The notes under the pieces are model-generated. The model had not been told where the DNA came from. It saw only the letters and a list, made by a program, of their open reading frames with translations, and ran no database searches. This document shows, in pieces, positions 1 to 12,415 of a DNA stretch of 64,000 nucleotides; position 1 is the stretch's first letter, and every line of letters starts with the position of its first letter. Origin of the DNA: an uncultured bacterium (GTDB lineage Bacteria; Patescibacteriota; Microgenomatia; UBA1400; PJMF01); assembly GCA_903842795.1 (NCBI GenBank), contig CAIMNJ010000018.1, positions 67,246-131,245 on the forward strand, in the 5' to 3' direction. Position numbers and translations under genes: made by a program.

Positions 1-3637
<3,637 letters not shown>

Positions 3638-3743
3638 GAAAACTCCTTTTTAGCTTTAAATGCTTAATTTATTTCTTCTTGCTACTATTAAATTTCTAAA
3701 AAGAACAAAACAAAGAACAAGTAAATAAAGAAATGGTTGCCAG

Positions 3744-3781
3744 AAGCAAAAAAACACAGCTTATACTCGATAACGCTGTGT
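3744..3781 (-). terminator. Rho-independent terminator after mltG, preceding the rpoB leader
   Basis: On the minus strand a 7-bp stem (acacagc...gctgtgt) with a 14-nt loop is followed by TTTTTTT (the plus-strand A-run at 3746-3754). Confidence 0.5.
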
Positions 3782-3899
3782 GAAACAAACTACTTACTTA
3801 GTTGTTTTATAAAAACTAAAGGCACCAATCTTTGTTTTTTCTGCTAGCTTTTTACTTAGTCCTTTTTAGACAATTGGCTATTATAGCAACAAATTGGCC

Positions 3900-4889
3900 T
3901 TAACGCAAGTATTTGTTTACGTTTGAATTATGTTCTTCAACAGTCTCTGCCGTATGAATTTTGCCAGCATTGTCATGGATGTAGTAAAGAGCAGAAGTTG
4001 AACTAGGATTGAGAGCTGCTTTGATCGCTGCTAAGCCTGGATTGCAAATTGGTCCTGGTGGCAGCGAAGCATGTTTATAAGTGTTATATAAAGAATCAAT
4101 TTTCTTATCATCAGCCAAAGGGTTTGGCCACCATGAAAGCTCAGTTTTACTATATCCTTTTATGTATTGCAGAGTAGCATCAACTTGCAGTGCCATGCCA
4201 ATACGCAGACGATTCGATAAAATACCAGCCACCAAAGGCATTTCAGCTTCACTGGCACTTTCTCTCTGTACCAGAGATGCTAGAGTCAAAATTTGATTTA
4301 AGCTAAGCTGGCTAGCCGAAATTTCTTTGGCAAAAGGAGTAGTAATCTTAGAAGCAAAGGTGTTTTTAAGAAGTGATAAAAAGGCAGCGCTAGTAATTTC
4401 TCTTGGAACCAGGTAAGTGTCTGGGAAAAGCTGCCCTTCTAAACCCTTACTCAGAGTCAAAAACTCTTCAGCTTTGAAATTATCTAAACCTTGTTTACTA
4501 ATGCTATCAGCAATTTCTTCTCTACGCCAACCCTCAGGCAAAGTTACCCACAAATCATCAGTCCCTGTGGTCAAAGCATTACTAATTTGCCAAACATCCA
4601 TATTGGCTGACAATTCAAAACTTCCCGCTTGAATCTTATTGGCTAAATTATTTTTATAAACTACAAAACGAAAAGCCCATTTACTCTTGATCAATTTTTC
4701 ATCTTCCAATCTAGAAGCAATAATAGAAATAGCCTGACCCTTAGGAATTACAAAACGCACATTTTTTTGGTCAATATTAGTTTGAGCTTGAAACAAACTA
4801 ACAATAAAAAAGAAGAAAAAAATCAGAATCATTAAGAAAGAAAGAAATAAAAAGAAAAATTTTGGCAGTTTTCTAAACATTTTTAGCAT
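3900..4889 (-). CDS. mltG: Endolytic murein transglycosylase MltG (YceG family)
   Basis: 329-aa ORF with an N-terminal TM anchor and a YceG-like domain (QLSLNQILTLASLVQRESASEAEMPLVAGILSNRL...YNTYKHASLPPGPICNPG). It is linked to ruvX and alaS as in the conserved alaS-ruvX-mltG neighbourhood. Confidence 0.85.
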   Translation of the reverse strand: MLKMFRKLPKFFFLFLSFLMILIFFFFFIVSLFQAQTNIDQKNVRFVIPKGQAISIIASRLEDEKLIKSKWAFRFVVYKNNLANKIQAGSFELSANMDVWQISNALTTGTDDLWVTLPEGWRREEIADSISKQGLDNFKAEEFLTLSKGLEGQLFPDTYLVPREITSAAFLSLLKNTFASKITTPFAKEISASQLSLNQILTLASLVQRESASEAEMPLVAGILSNRLRIGMALQVDATLQYIKGYSKTELSWWPNPLADDKKIDSLYNTYKHASLPPGPICNPGLAAIKAALNPSSTSALYYIHDNAGKIHTAETVEEHNSNVNKYLR

Positions 4890-4940
4890 ATATTTAGCTC
4901 AGATCATAAAGTGTAGCATAAAAACCAGAGCGATGGAAAT

Positions 4941-5327
4941 TTATTGAGAAGAAAATTCAAGAAAATCTTCTAAGATTATGGCTGCGCTGTAATGGTCAAT
5001 GGCTCCTTGACGTTTTTTTAACTTGAAACCCGCTTCTTTCATGCGTTTTCCAACTTCATGAGAAGAAAGAGTTTCATCCATTAAATGAACTGGCAATTGA
5101 GTCTTTTGTTCAAGAAGAACGGCAAAAGCCTGAATTTTATTAGCCATTTCTGCCTCAGAAAGACCCAAAACAATTTGATCTATTTTCTTTTCTGCACAAA
5201 TTTTGGCGATTTTTTCTAAAGGATTGTCTGTAGCATCAAGCACAATGAGTGGCTCAACCAAACTAAAAACATTATAAGCCAAACCAATACGCTTAGTTCC
5301 ATAATCAATACTCAAAAAATTTTTCAT
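4941..5327 (-). CDS. ruvX: Putative pre-16S rRNA nuclease / Holliday-junction resolvase-like YqgF (RuvX)
   Basis: 128-aa ORF with the N-terminal motif LSIDYGTKRIGLA typical of the YqgF/RuvX RNase H-like fold. Confidence 0.85.
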   Translation of the reverse strand: MKNFLSIDYGTKRIGLAYNVFSLVEPLIVLDATDNPLEKIAKICAEKKIDQIVLGLSEAEMANKIQAFAVLLEQKTQLPVHLMDETLSSHEVGKRMKEAGFKLKKRQGAIDHYSAAIILEDFLEFSSQ

Positions 5328-5334
5328 TATATTT

Positions 5335-6285
5335 CTATTCTTTAATCAGTTGCGAGATTACTACTCCTCTACGCAGCACTGTACCCTCTGGGACACAAGT
5401 AACTAGCTTCAGTTGGCGAGCATCATAACGCTGAGCCAAAATAAAGGTATCAGTCGGCTGAACTTCCGTATTACTTTGCACCTGATAGGTATATTTAATA
5501 TTATTGTAAGTCAAGTAAATTTTATCACCATTTTTTAAGGTCATAATTTTACTAAAAATAGAAGTGTATCGACGTGAATTTTTCTCACTCGGGTTATAGA
5601 ACTGACGCAAGACAGAATGACCAAAAATTACCGGAGCACCAGGTTCTCCAGGAAGAGCAGTACCAGGATACTGAATAAGACTCTTGTTTAGATCAGTACC
5701 ACCCACTCTTACCTTAGCATTACTCAAATTAACAGCTGGAATATCTAAACGATATTCTTCAACCTTATAATCTCCATCAGTAAAACTAGAATCTTGATCA
5801 AACCAATTACTTAAATCTGTGTAATCCAAACTATAATCTAAAATAATCGGCTCATCCAAAACTGCCTTTTTCTCGATTTTATTCTCATCAATTACATTGG
5901 CCTTTGCAAAAACCAAATTACTTGAATTAGCAAGCTGAGTAGCTGACAAAGGTGATAATAAATTGGTAGCTTGCTGATTGTCGCTATTTTTTGGTAATAA
6001 TTGACTGATAATTGGCCAGGCAGCAGTTCCAGCTAAAACAATACCTATTCCAATCAAAATGAGAGGAATTGCGGCAGCGCCAACTTTAATAAATTGAGGA
6101 ATGCGCTGCCAAAATTTTGAAGCAATTTTTTCATCCAATTCTTTTTCAAAATTCTGATTGGCTCTAGTGCGCTTGGCCAGATCCAGAACTTTTTCATCCA
6201 ATTCGTCGAGAGAAACATTCTTCAATAGAGCCTGCCTGTAAACTCCAAGCAAATCCTGCTTGTTAATTTTTAGATCTTTTGACAT
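5335..6285 (-). CDS. Sortase-family transpeptidase (membrane-anchored)
   Basis: N-terminal cytoplasmic segment, then a TM helix (AAAIPLILIGIGIVLAGTAAWPII). The catalytic His motif is VIFGHSV and the active-site Cys lies in KLVTCVPEGT, corresponding to the TLxTC signature, with a downstream Arg (LRRG). Confidence 0.7.
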   Translation of the reverse strand: MSKDLKINKQDLLGVYRQALLKNVSLDELDEKVLDLAKRTRANQNFEKELDEKIASKFWQRIPQFIKVGAAAIPLILIGIGIVLAGTAAWPIISQLLPKNSDNQQATNLLSPLSATQLANSSNLVFAKANVIDENKIEKKAVLDEPIILDYSLDYTDLSNWFDQDSSFTDGDYKVEEYRLDIPAVNLSNAKVRVGGTDLNKSLIQYPGTALPGEPGAPVIFGHSVLRQFYNPSEKNSRRYTSIFSKIMTLKNGDKIYLTYNNIKYTYQVQSNTEVQPTDTFILAQRYDARQLKLVTCVPEGTVLRRGVVISQLIKE

Positions 6286-6290
6286 AGGAG

Positions 6291-8456
6291 TTATTTGTTT
6301 AGCTCCAATATGACTCTGTTTTGATCATTTGGCAAATTACGTAAAACATTAATCAAAAATGGAGGATTAAAAATTACCTGAGCTTGTCTGATTTCAGCAC
6401 TATTTTCTAAAGATTCCTCTGCACCAATCCACGGCTTACCTAGAATCTGAGGCTTCAGTGAATTCAAATCAATTTTGGCTACAGCTTTAGCACTAAGATC
6501 TGCTGTTAATTTAATTTTACTAGAATCAGAAGCAGCCTGAGCCTTATCACTCATCAAAGAAGGATCTTCATCCATAAAAACATAACCTGCTGGCAAATCT
6601 TTTTCCAATAAAGCCAAGCCTAAACTTTTTAGATCTTTAGAAAGATATTTTACTGCCTCAACATTGACCGTTAAGCTTAGAGTAATTGATTCTGTTTCAT
6701 CGCCAATCTTGGCAGAAAACTCACTCTTATTTACTTTAACCTTGCCAGTTGGCACTAAATAAACGCCATCTTTAGAATCAGTCTCATACTCTTTGGCCGC
6801 CTCTTGCGATAATTTCTTGGTTAAATTTTCCATCAAGCGATCTTGATCTATCTGCGCTACTACCCTAACTTCACGACTAGATCCTCCAGAAAAATTATCG
6901 GCAGAAATAGCAGAAAACTTATCTTCAAAATAATCAGCCACTCGAAACTTAGTGTCTTTGTTGAAATTAGCTTCAGAACCAATGTCTTTAGCAGTTACAT
7001 TGGTTTCAAATTTACCAAAATCCACCCCAGAACCATCTTGCTTAACAACTGAAGCTGGAACTTTAATTGTTTCATCCAATAAAAATTCAATGTCATTGGT
7101 GCTGACAATAGTTCCTTGTTTCAGCTCAACTTCTTGAGAAGTTTTATTGTAGATAATAACCCTACCCTTAGCTTTGTCTCCAACCAAACCAATTCCAGTG
7201 GTGGCCAAAACATCTTGACCAGAAATTTCCTTATTTTGAACAGAGGCCTTAAGCAGGGCTTCTTCGAAATCAGAAGTTTCTATATTTGGATCAAGAGTAA
7301 TGGTGACGTTCTTATGCAATAAAGTTTCTTCTGGAGTAATCACAATTCTCACTTTAGAAAAAAGAAGAGCAAAAGCAGTAAAGGCTAAAATTAGCGCCAA
7401 CAAGCCAGCTCCGAAACCCAAGAGAATCATTTTTTGATGGTAAAGATAAAATCTTCCAAAAGGAGAACGTTTTTTTGTTGGCTTAGCCACAGGAGCAGCA
7501 ATATCTTCTGAACTTACTTTATTATCAGACGACTCGTTATTATTCTTATGATAATTTTGATCGAACTTAATTCCAAAACTACTGGCACTTGGCTTCTCAA
7601 TAGCGTAATCATTTTCTTCAGAGGCTTCTTCTACTTTTTTAATATTGCTCACTAGTGGTTTTTGTTCGATTTGTTGATGAGGGGTAGTAGCAATAGGTTG
7701 TTTTTTAGGCATTTTAGCCAGCAAACTCTCTTTACTAAAGATTTTGCCAGCACTCAAGCTTACAGACTTAATCATATAATCAGCCTCCAAAGCAACAATA
7801 TCTGGAGCTTGAGTAAATCCAGGATTGGTAGTCCAATCTACTTTTGCCAATTGGCTATGCAAAGAATCTAATTCTTTCTTGGAAAGAGCAATTGACGTTA
7901 GAAGAATTTTACTTGGAAAATATTTACCATCATCTTGATCTAAGTGTTTAGCTGCTCTAGCCAAAATTTCAGAAAAATCAGCCACAACATCACCAGATCT
8001 GCCAACGGTAATCAAATCAATGAATTGACCATGTTTAAGAAAAACCAAATCAAAAATGTTTTCCTTAAAAATCATCAGTAAACAAGAATCATTTTCATCA
8101 CCAATCAACCTGGCTTCTGCTAAAGCCTCTGGAATACTAAACTGTCCAACAGCATCTAAACTTAGTTTTTCAGAAACATCCTTGATAACTGCTTTTTTAT
8201 CTGCACTAAGTTCACCATTTTCTAACCAGGTTTGATCAAAAGCAAAAACAGTTTCAGAAACCTCATTGGAATCTTCCCCCAATTGTTGCAAGCTTTTATC
8301 AAGCTGATCTGATAAGTCTTGGCGATCAAAATAATTGGCAATTTTGGAAAATTCTTGAATCTGCACTCCTTGACCATTATTGGAAACCAAGGAAGACTGC
8401 AAATATTTGTCGGTCAAAAGAATAGTAAGAAAGAAATGCTTATCCTGATCGGGCAT
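6291..8456 (-). CDS. Hypothetical bitopic membrane protein: ~340-aa cytoplasmic N-domain, one TM, ~350-aa extracytoplasmic C-domain
   Basis: 721-aa ORF with a single hydrophobic helix (ILLGFGAGLLALILAFTAFALLF) near residue 345. No recognisable catalytic motif. Its position next to the sortase, inserted between alaS and ruvX, is notable. Confidence 0.55.
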   Translation of the reverse strand: MPDQDKHFFLTILLTDKYLQSSLVSNNGQGVQIQEFSKIANYFDRQDLSDQLDKSLQQLGEDSNEVSETVFAFDQTWLENGELSADKKAVIKDVSEKLSLDAVGQFSIPEALAEARLIGDENDSCLLMIFKENIFDLVFLKHGQFIDLITVGRSGDVVADFSEILARAAKHLDQDDGKYFPSKILLTSIALSKKELDSLHSQLAKVDWTTNPGFTQAPDIVALEADYMIKSVSLSAGKIFSKESLLAKMPKKQPIATTPHQQIEQKPLVSNIKKVEEASEENDYAIEKPSASSFGIKFDQNYHKNNNESSDNKVSSEDIAAPVAKPTKKRSPFGRFYLYHQKMILLGFGAGLLALILAFTAFALLFSKVRIVITPEETLLHKNVTITLDPNIETSDFEEALLKASVQNKEISGQDVLATTGIGLVGDKAKGRVIIYNKTSQEVELKQGTIVSTNDIEFLLDETIKVPASVVKQDGSGVDFGKFETNVTAKDIGSEANFNKDTKFRVADYFEDKFSAISADNFSGGSSREVRVVAQIDQDRLMENLTKKLSQEAAKEYETDSKDGVYLVPTGKVKVNKSEFSAKIGDETESITLSLTVNVEAVKYLSKDLKSLGLALLEKDLPAGYVFMDEDPSLMSDKAQAASDSSKIKLTADLSAKAVAKIDLNSLKPQILGKPWIGAEESLENSAEIRQAQVIFNPPFLINVLRNLPNDQNRVILELNK

Positions 8457-8476
8457 ACTCTTCCATTAAAGCAAAA

Positions 8477-10438
8477 CTAAACAGTTTTTTGAAGAGCGTA
8501 TATTCTTCTAATGCCATCTGCCACTGCTTTCTCTTTGGCAAGAACAATTTTCCCAATTACACCAGTATGTTCTACGTGAGGGCCAGAACAGAACTCGCGA
8601 GAAATATAATCTTTTCCTCTCATGGTCCCAGTTGGATTTTGACCAATAGAATAAATGTTGACTATATCTGGATATTTATCCACAAAAAGTGCTACTGCCC
8701 CAGATTTTAAGGCTTCGGTTTTTGGCATAGTTTGTTTACTAACCGCGTAGTCGGCAGCAATCCATTGATTAATTAAATCTTCAATCTTGGTTTTTTCTTC
8801 TGCAGTCAAAGCTTTGGAGTAAGAAAAATCGAAACGTAAACGTTCTGCAGTAATATTCGAGCCTTTTTGCTCAACAGATTCACCCAAAACCAAACGTAAA
8901 GCCGCATGCAATAAGTGAGTAACAGTGTGATATTTGACTGTCATCTCACCTTGATCTGCTAAGCCACTCTTAAATTTACTAGTTGAGCCAGATTTAGAAT
9001 CATTAGAATGAGCTTGTTTTTGTTGCGCATATAATTCCTTAATTTTATCTTCAATCACCAAACCCCTAACCTGAGCTTCTTCAAGTGACAATTCCAAAGG
9101 AAAACCAAAGCTTTCATAAAGTTTAAAAGCTAAGTAAGCAGTTAGTTCATTTTGATGGACGACCATTCTTTCAAATTCTCTTAAACCTTTGCTTAAACTT
9201 TTACTGAATTTAAGCTGTTCAGCTTGCAAAACCTGACTAATTTTTTCTTCTTGATCCTTTAGATGTGGATAAAAATCAGCATAAATACCAATCACTACTG
9301 GCACAAGCTCAACCAAGGTTTCTTGTTTGATTTCCAAATAAGCTGCTTGACGCAAAGCGCGACGCAACAAACGACGCAACACATAACCTTGTTCTTTACT
9401 TGAAGGAAAAACTCCATCAGACATTAGCATTACAGCTGCTTTCATATGATCAGCAATAATACGAAAATATTTCTTGTTTACTTCTTCCTCATATTTATGA
9501 CTAGTGAAAGACTGAATCTTTTCAATCAGTGGCCAAAATGCAGCTGTTTTAAATACATCAGCCTGATTTTGATAAGCAGCTAAAATTCTTTCCAATCCGC
9601 CACCAAAATCAATATTGGCTTGAGCCAAAGGCTCAAACCCTTTGTTTGTCTTCTGATACTGCATGAAAACCGAATTACCAATTTCTAAAAATCTACCGCA
9701 GTCACAATTAATATGACAAGGACCTTCAGTTTGATGAATTTTTTTGGCTAACTCGCTGGTTTGCTCACCAAAATCATAAAAAACTTCACTGTCTGGACCG
9801 CCCAATTCACCAATAGGCATATTGGCTGGCACACCAGAACGAGACCACCAATTTTTTTTCTCTCCATAAAAAAAGATACGCCCCTCTTGCAAACCCTTTT
9901 CTGGGTTGGCAATAATCTTAGCTTCAATCTTCATTTCAGAAAAATGTTTTTGCCACTCCGTTGCTGCAAAATCATCACGCTCAATACCTAGATCCTTATT
10001 GCCAGAAAAACAAGACACATAAAGCTTATTTGGATCTAAATTTAATTCTTTGGTTAAAAAACCAAAAATAAAACCTATTTGCTCTTTTTTAAAGTAATCA
10101 CCAAAAGACCAATTGCCAAGCATCTCAAAAAAAGTAGTGTGTCTATTGTCACCAACTTCTTCAATATCATCAGCACGAAAACATTTTTGTGAATCAGCCA
10201 CTCTCTTACCCTCAGGATGAGTTTCGCCAAAAAAATAAGGAATCATCGCCTGCATACCAGAACTAGAAAACAACGTAGTGGGATCATTTTCGGGCACCAA
10301 AGGAGCAGAAGGCACTATCTTATGATTTAAGGTGCTTAAGTAAGCTAAATATTTTTGACGAATAAAAGACAAGTCTGACATGGTCGCTATTATATTTTGG
10401 ACCCTGTCTTTTTGCAAAGCAAAAAGCAGCTGGTACAA
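8477..10438 (-). CDS. alaS: Alanine--tRNA ligase (short form, 653 aa)
   Basis: Class II AlaRS catalytic core motifs (FSSSGMQAMIPYF, FRADDIEEVGDNRHTTFFEMLGNWSFGDYFK) and an editing-domain HxxxH...TAERLRFDF block. The C-terminal C-Ala/oligomerisation region found in ~870-aa enzymes is missing. Confidence 0.92.
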   Translation of the reverse strand: MYQLLFALQKDRVQNIIATMSDLSFIRQKYLAYLSTLNHKIVPSAPLVPENDPTTLFSSSGMQAMIPYFFGETHPEGKRVADSQKCFRADDIEEVGDNRHTTFFEMLGNWSFGDYFKKEQIGFIFGFLTKELNLDPNKLYVSCFSGNKDLGIERDDFAATEWQKHFSEMKIEAKIIANPEKGLQEGRIFFYGEKKNWWSRSGVPANMPIGELGGPDSEVFYDFGEQTSELAKKIHQTEGPCHINCDCGRFLEIGNSVFMQYQKTNKGFEPLAQANIDFGGGLERILAAYQNQADVFKTAAFWPLIEKIQSFTSHKYEEEVNKKYFRIIADHMKAAVMLMSDGVFPSSKEQGYVLRRLLRRALRQAAYLEIKQETLVELVPVVIGIYADFYPHLKDQEEKISQVLQAEQLKFSKSLSKGLREFERMVVHQNELTAYLAFKLYESFGFPLELSLEEAQVRGLVIEDKIKELYAQQKQAHSNDSKSGSTSKFKSGLADQGEMTVKYHTVTHLLHAALRLVLGESVEQKGSNITAERLRFDFSYSKALTAEEKTKIEDLINQWIAADYAVSKQTMPKTEALKSGAVALFVDKYPDIVNIYSIGQNPTGTMRGKDYISREFCSGPHVEHTGVIGKIVLAKEKAVADGIRRIYALQKTV

Positions 10439-10560
10439 AAGATGCTGTGCATATTTTGAACATCTTGAAAAAAGATGCTGTGCATATTTTGAACATCTTG
10501 AAAAAAGATGCTTTAGCGAATTTTAGAAACTCACGCTTTTTGCAAAGCAAAAAGCTAAAT
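10398..10560. repeat. Intergenic repeat/palindrome cluster in the alaS 5' leader (copy 1 of a family also seen at 30962-31060)
   Basis: Two perfect 19-nt palindromes CTTTTTGCTTTGCAAAAAG lie at ~10408-10426 and ~10536-10554. They flank a 33-bp unit (AAGATGCTGTGCATATTTTGAACATCTTGAAAA) repeated twice in tandem, plus a degenerate third copy (AAGATGCTTTAGCGAATTTTAG...). Confidence 0.7.
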
Positions 10561-10935
10561 CCCTTTAAATTTGTGTTTTTTATTGCGAGCGCGGCGTCGA
10601 CTCAATTTTGCAAGATGAGCCAATTCTTTTTCTACTGTATTGCTCTCAAAAGCAACTTTCATGCTAGCAAAAGAGTCAGCAAGTTTCTTTAAATATTGAT
10701 CACGAAAATCTTCCAAAGAAATATTTTTATCTTCAATTAACCCTTGTTGATATAAATAATCCCTAACCTCCAACCATTTGTCTGAAAGTTGTCTCCATTT
10801 CTTACTACCGGCTTCGCTAGCAAAATAAGAAAAAATAGCACCCAAGCTAAAAGCACCAGCAAATAACAATAAAGAATTACTCTCTGTCTTTGACATCAAG
10901 TTTTTTGCCTTCTTTATTTGATTCTTTAGCCCCAT
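10555..10935 (-). CDS. Hypothetical small membrane protein (YtxH-like architecture; the start may be the internal Met at ~10896)
   Basis: 126-aa ORF with one hydrophobic helix (SLLLFAGAFSLGAIFSYFA) followed by a charged, helical region. It overlaps the upstream ORF by 59 nt unless the later start is used. Confidence 0.45.
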   Translation of the reverse strand: MGLKNQIKKAKNLMSKTESNSLLLFAGAFSLGAIFSYFASEAGSKKWRQLSDKWLEVRDYLYQQGLIEDKNISLEDFRDQYLKKLADSFASMKVAFESNTVEKELAHLAKLSRRRARNKKHKFKGI

Positions 10936-11221
10936 CTTTATCTCTGTTCACAAAAGACATAAAACCCTCGGCCACTTTGAGACCAGCGGTGAAGTTTGTA
11001 ACAAATGCACTAAGACTATGAAAAGGATTAAGAATTCCTGAAATTTTTTCCTGTGTACTATCAATTACAGAATTGGCTTTATCTACAGCACTATTTGCTT
11101 TTTTTAAAACTTTTTTACCTTCAACCAAAACGCCAATCAAATTAATGGCAACTACTACCAAAACAATGGTAAGTGCCACCAAACAAACAACTAAAACGAT
11201 AGGAAGAATTTCATTATTCAT
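10877..11221 (-). CDS. DUF948-like membrane protein
   Basis: 114-aa ORF: MNNEILPIVLVVCLVALTIVLVVVAINLIGVLVEGKK is a TM helix, followed by a coiled-coil-like segment. This architecture is typical of the DUF948 family found in Firmicutes-like genomes. Confidence 0.5.
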   Translation of the reverse strand: MNNEILPIVLVVCLVALTIVLVVVAINLIGVLVEGKKVLKKANSAVDKANSVIDSTQEKISGILNPFHSLSAFVTNFTAGLKVAEGFMSFVNRDKDGAKESNKEGKKLDVKDRE

Positions 11222-11252
11222 GAGGCTATTGTGCCACAGCTAGAAGTTTTTA

Positions 11253-11897
11253 TCAAAACTTAACTTTTACACTACGTTGTAAAACAGTAGTTTTTCCATT
11301 TTTGTCACTAGCCTTGATTGTAATTGTATTCGTACCTTCTTGAGGCAAATAAATTTCCGTTTCAAAATAACCATCTGCACGAAGAGCAACGGGCATGGCA
11401 TTGATTGTCAAAATAGCATCTGGCTTAGTATTACCTTCAATCAATACTTTGGAAGATACTTCGCTATCATCCAAAGGATTTGATAAGACCAATTCTGGAG
11501 GACGACTTAATTGATACCATTGCCAAGAAGCATATGAGAAAAAAATCAAAAAAATTAAAGCTACTGACAAAAGAACCAAGCGCACCGGAGACCAAGATGT
11601 CTTTTTTTTAAATTGTGGGTATAAAAATTCTCTAGGGATTAGCTGTCCTTTCACACTCTCCTCGTAATCACGGCGCAAAATGGCAAATAAAGGCTTCTCA
11701 TCAAGCTTAAACAATCTGGCATAGTTACGTATATAAGCTTTAATAAAAGTTGCTGCTGGCAAAAAATCAAAATCGTTCTCTTCCAAGGCAGCTAAATACT
11801 CGATTTTTATATGAGTTTCAGCGGCTAAATCCTCTAGAGTAAAATGAGCTTTTTCTCTAGCAGCTCGTAATAAATCTCCAATAGTTTGGGTTTGCAT
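11253..11897 (-). CDS. rodZ: RodZ-like cytoskeleton protein (HTH_XRE + TM + C-terminal domain)
   Basis: The N-terminal helix-turn-helix (TIGDLLRAAREKAHFTLEDLAAETHIKIEYLAALEEND) is followed by a TM helix (VRLVLLSVALIFLIFF) and a C-terminal beta-rich DUF4115-like domain. Confidence 0.65.
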   Translation of the reverse strand: MQTQTIGDLLRAAREKAHFTLEDLAAETHIKIEYLAALEENDFDFLPAATFIKAYIRNYARLFKLDEKPLFAILRRDYEESVKGQLIPREFLYPQFKKKTSWSPVRLVLLSVALIFLIFFSYASWQWYQLSRPPELVLSNPLDDSEVSSKVLIEGNTKPDAILTINAMPVALRADGYFETEIYLPQEGTNTITIKASDKNGKTTVLQRSVKVKF

Positions 11898-11898
11898 T

Positions 11899-12330
11899 TT
11901 AAGTCAAAGCTTTTTTCAAAAAAGCAGTCACTCTACCGCCATCAGCTCTATTACCGACCTTCTTCATGACTTGACCCATCAATGGACCAAAATCCTTAAC
12001 TGTGGCATTTGCCAAAACTTCAGCAACAACTTGTTCTAGTTCAGCATCTGACAATTCAGTTGGCAAATAAGCAGTAAAAACAGCAATTTTAGCATTGGTT
12101 TCGTCAACCAAATCCTGGCGAGCAGCTTTTTCGAAGTCTAACAAAGCATCTTTTTGCTGTTTAAGCATAGTTTTGATGATTTTTTGTACTTTCTCATCAT
12201 CAGCTTCGCCATTATCAATTTCAAAATTTTTAATCTCAGAACGAATCATTCTGACCACATCCAACTTAAGAGCTTCGTGTGCTCTCATAGCATTCTTCAT
12301 ATCTTCCATCAATTGTTCTTTTAGTGTCAT
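11899..12330 (-). CDS. yqeY: GatB/YqeY domain protein
   Basis: 143-aa ORF beginning MTLKEQLMEDMKNAMRAHE...DVVRMIRSEIKN and ending ...GPLMGQVMKKVGNRADGGRVTAFLKKAL, the YqeY family signature. Confidence 0.85.
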   Translation of the reverse strand: MTLKEQLMEDMKNAMRAHEALKLDVVRMIRSEIKNFEIDNGEADDEKVQKIIKTMLKQQKDALLDFEKAARQDLVDETNAKIAVFTAYLPTELSDAELEQVVAEVLANATVKDFGPLMGQVMKKVGNRADGGRVTAFLKKALT

Positions 12331-12415
12331 AGACGTTCCTTTCGCTAATTGTCGTCGCCCCCTTCGGGGACTAGGCGGGCTTATCGAGCTTCGCTCGATT
12401 TGAGACTCGCCGTTG

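Noticed and set aside
3638-3899. Possible small ORF or ncRNA in the rpoB upstream region
   Set aside because: Only a terminator hairpin for mltG and an AT-rich leader are evident. No convincing reading frame or conserved RNA motif.
10438-10520. Tandem 33-bp repeats that might be read as a mini CRISPR array
   Set aside because: The units are directly adjacent with no unique spacers, there are only two full copies, and no cas genes are nearby. The element is treated as a leader repeat/palindrome instead.
10320-10692. ORFs 10320-10550 (-) and 10447-10692 (+) with internally repeated peptides (FFKMFKICTAS x2; HILNILKKDA x2)
   Set aside because: They are translations of the tandem DNA repeat in an intergenic leader. 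They overlap each other and the alaS start, and are not genes.
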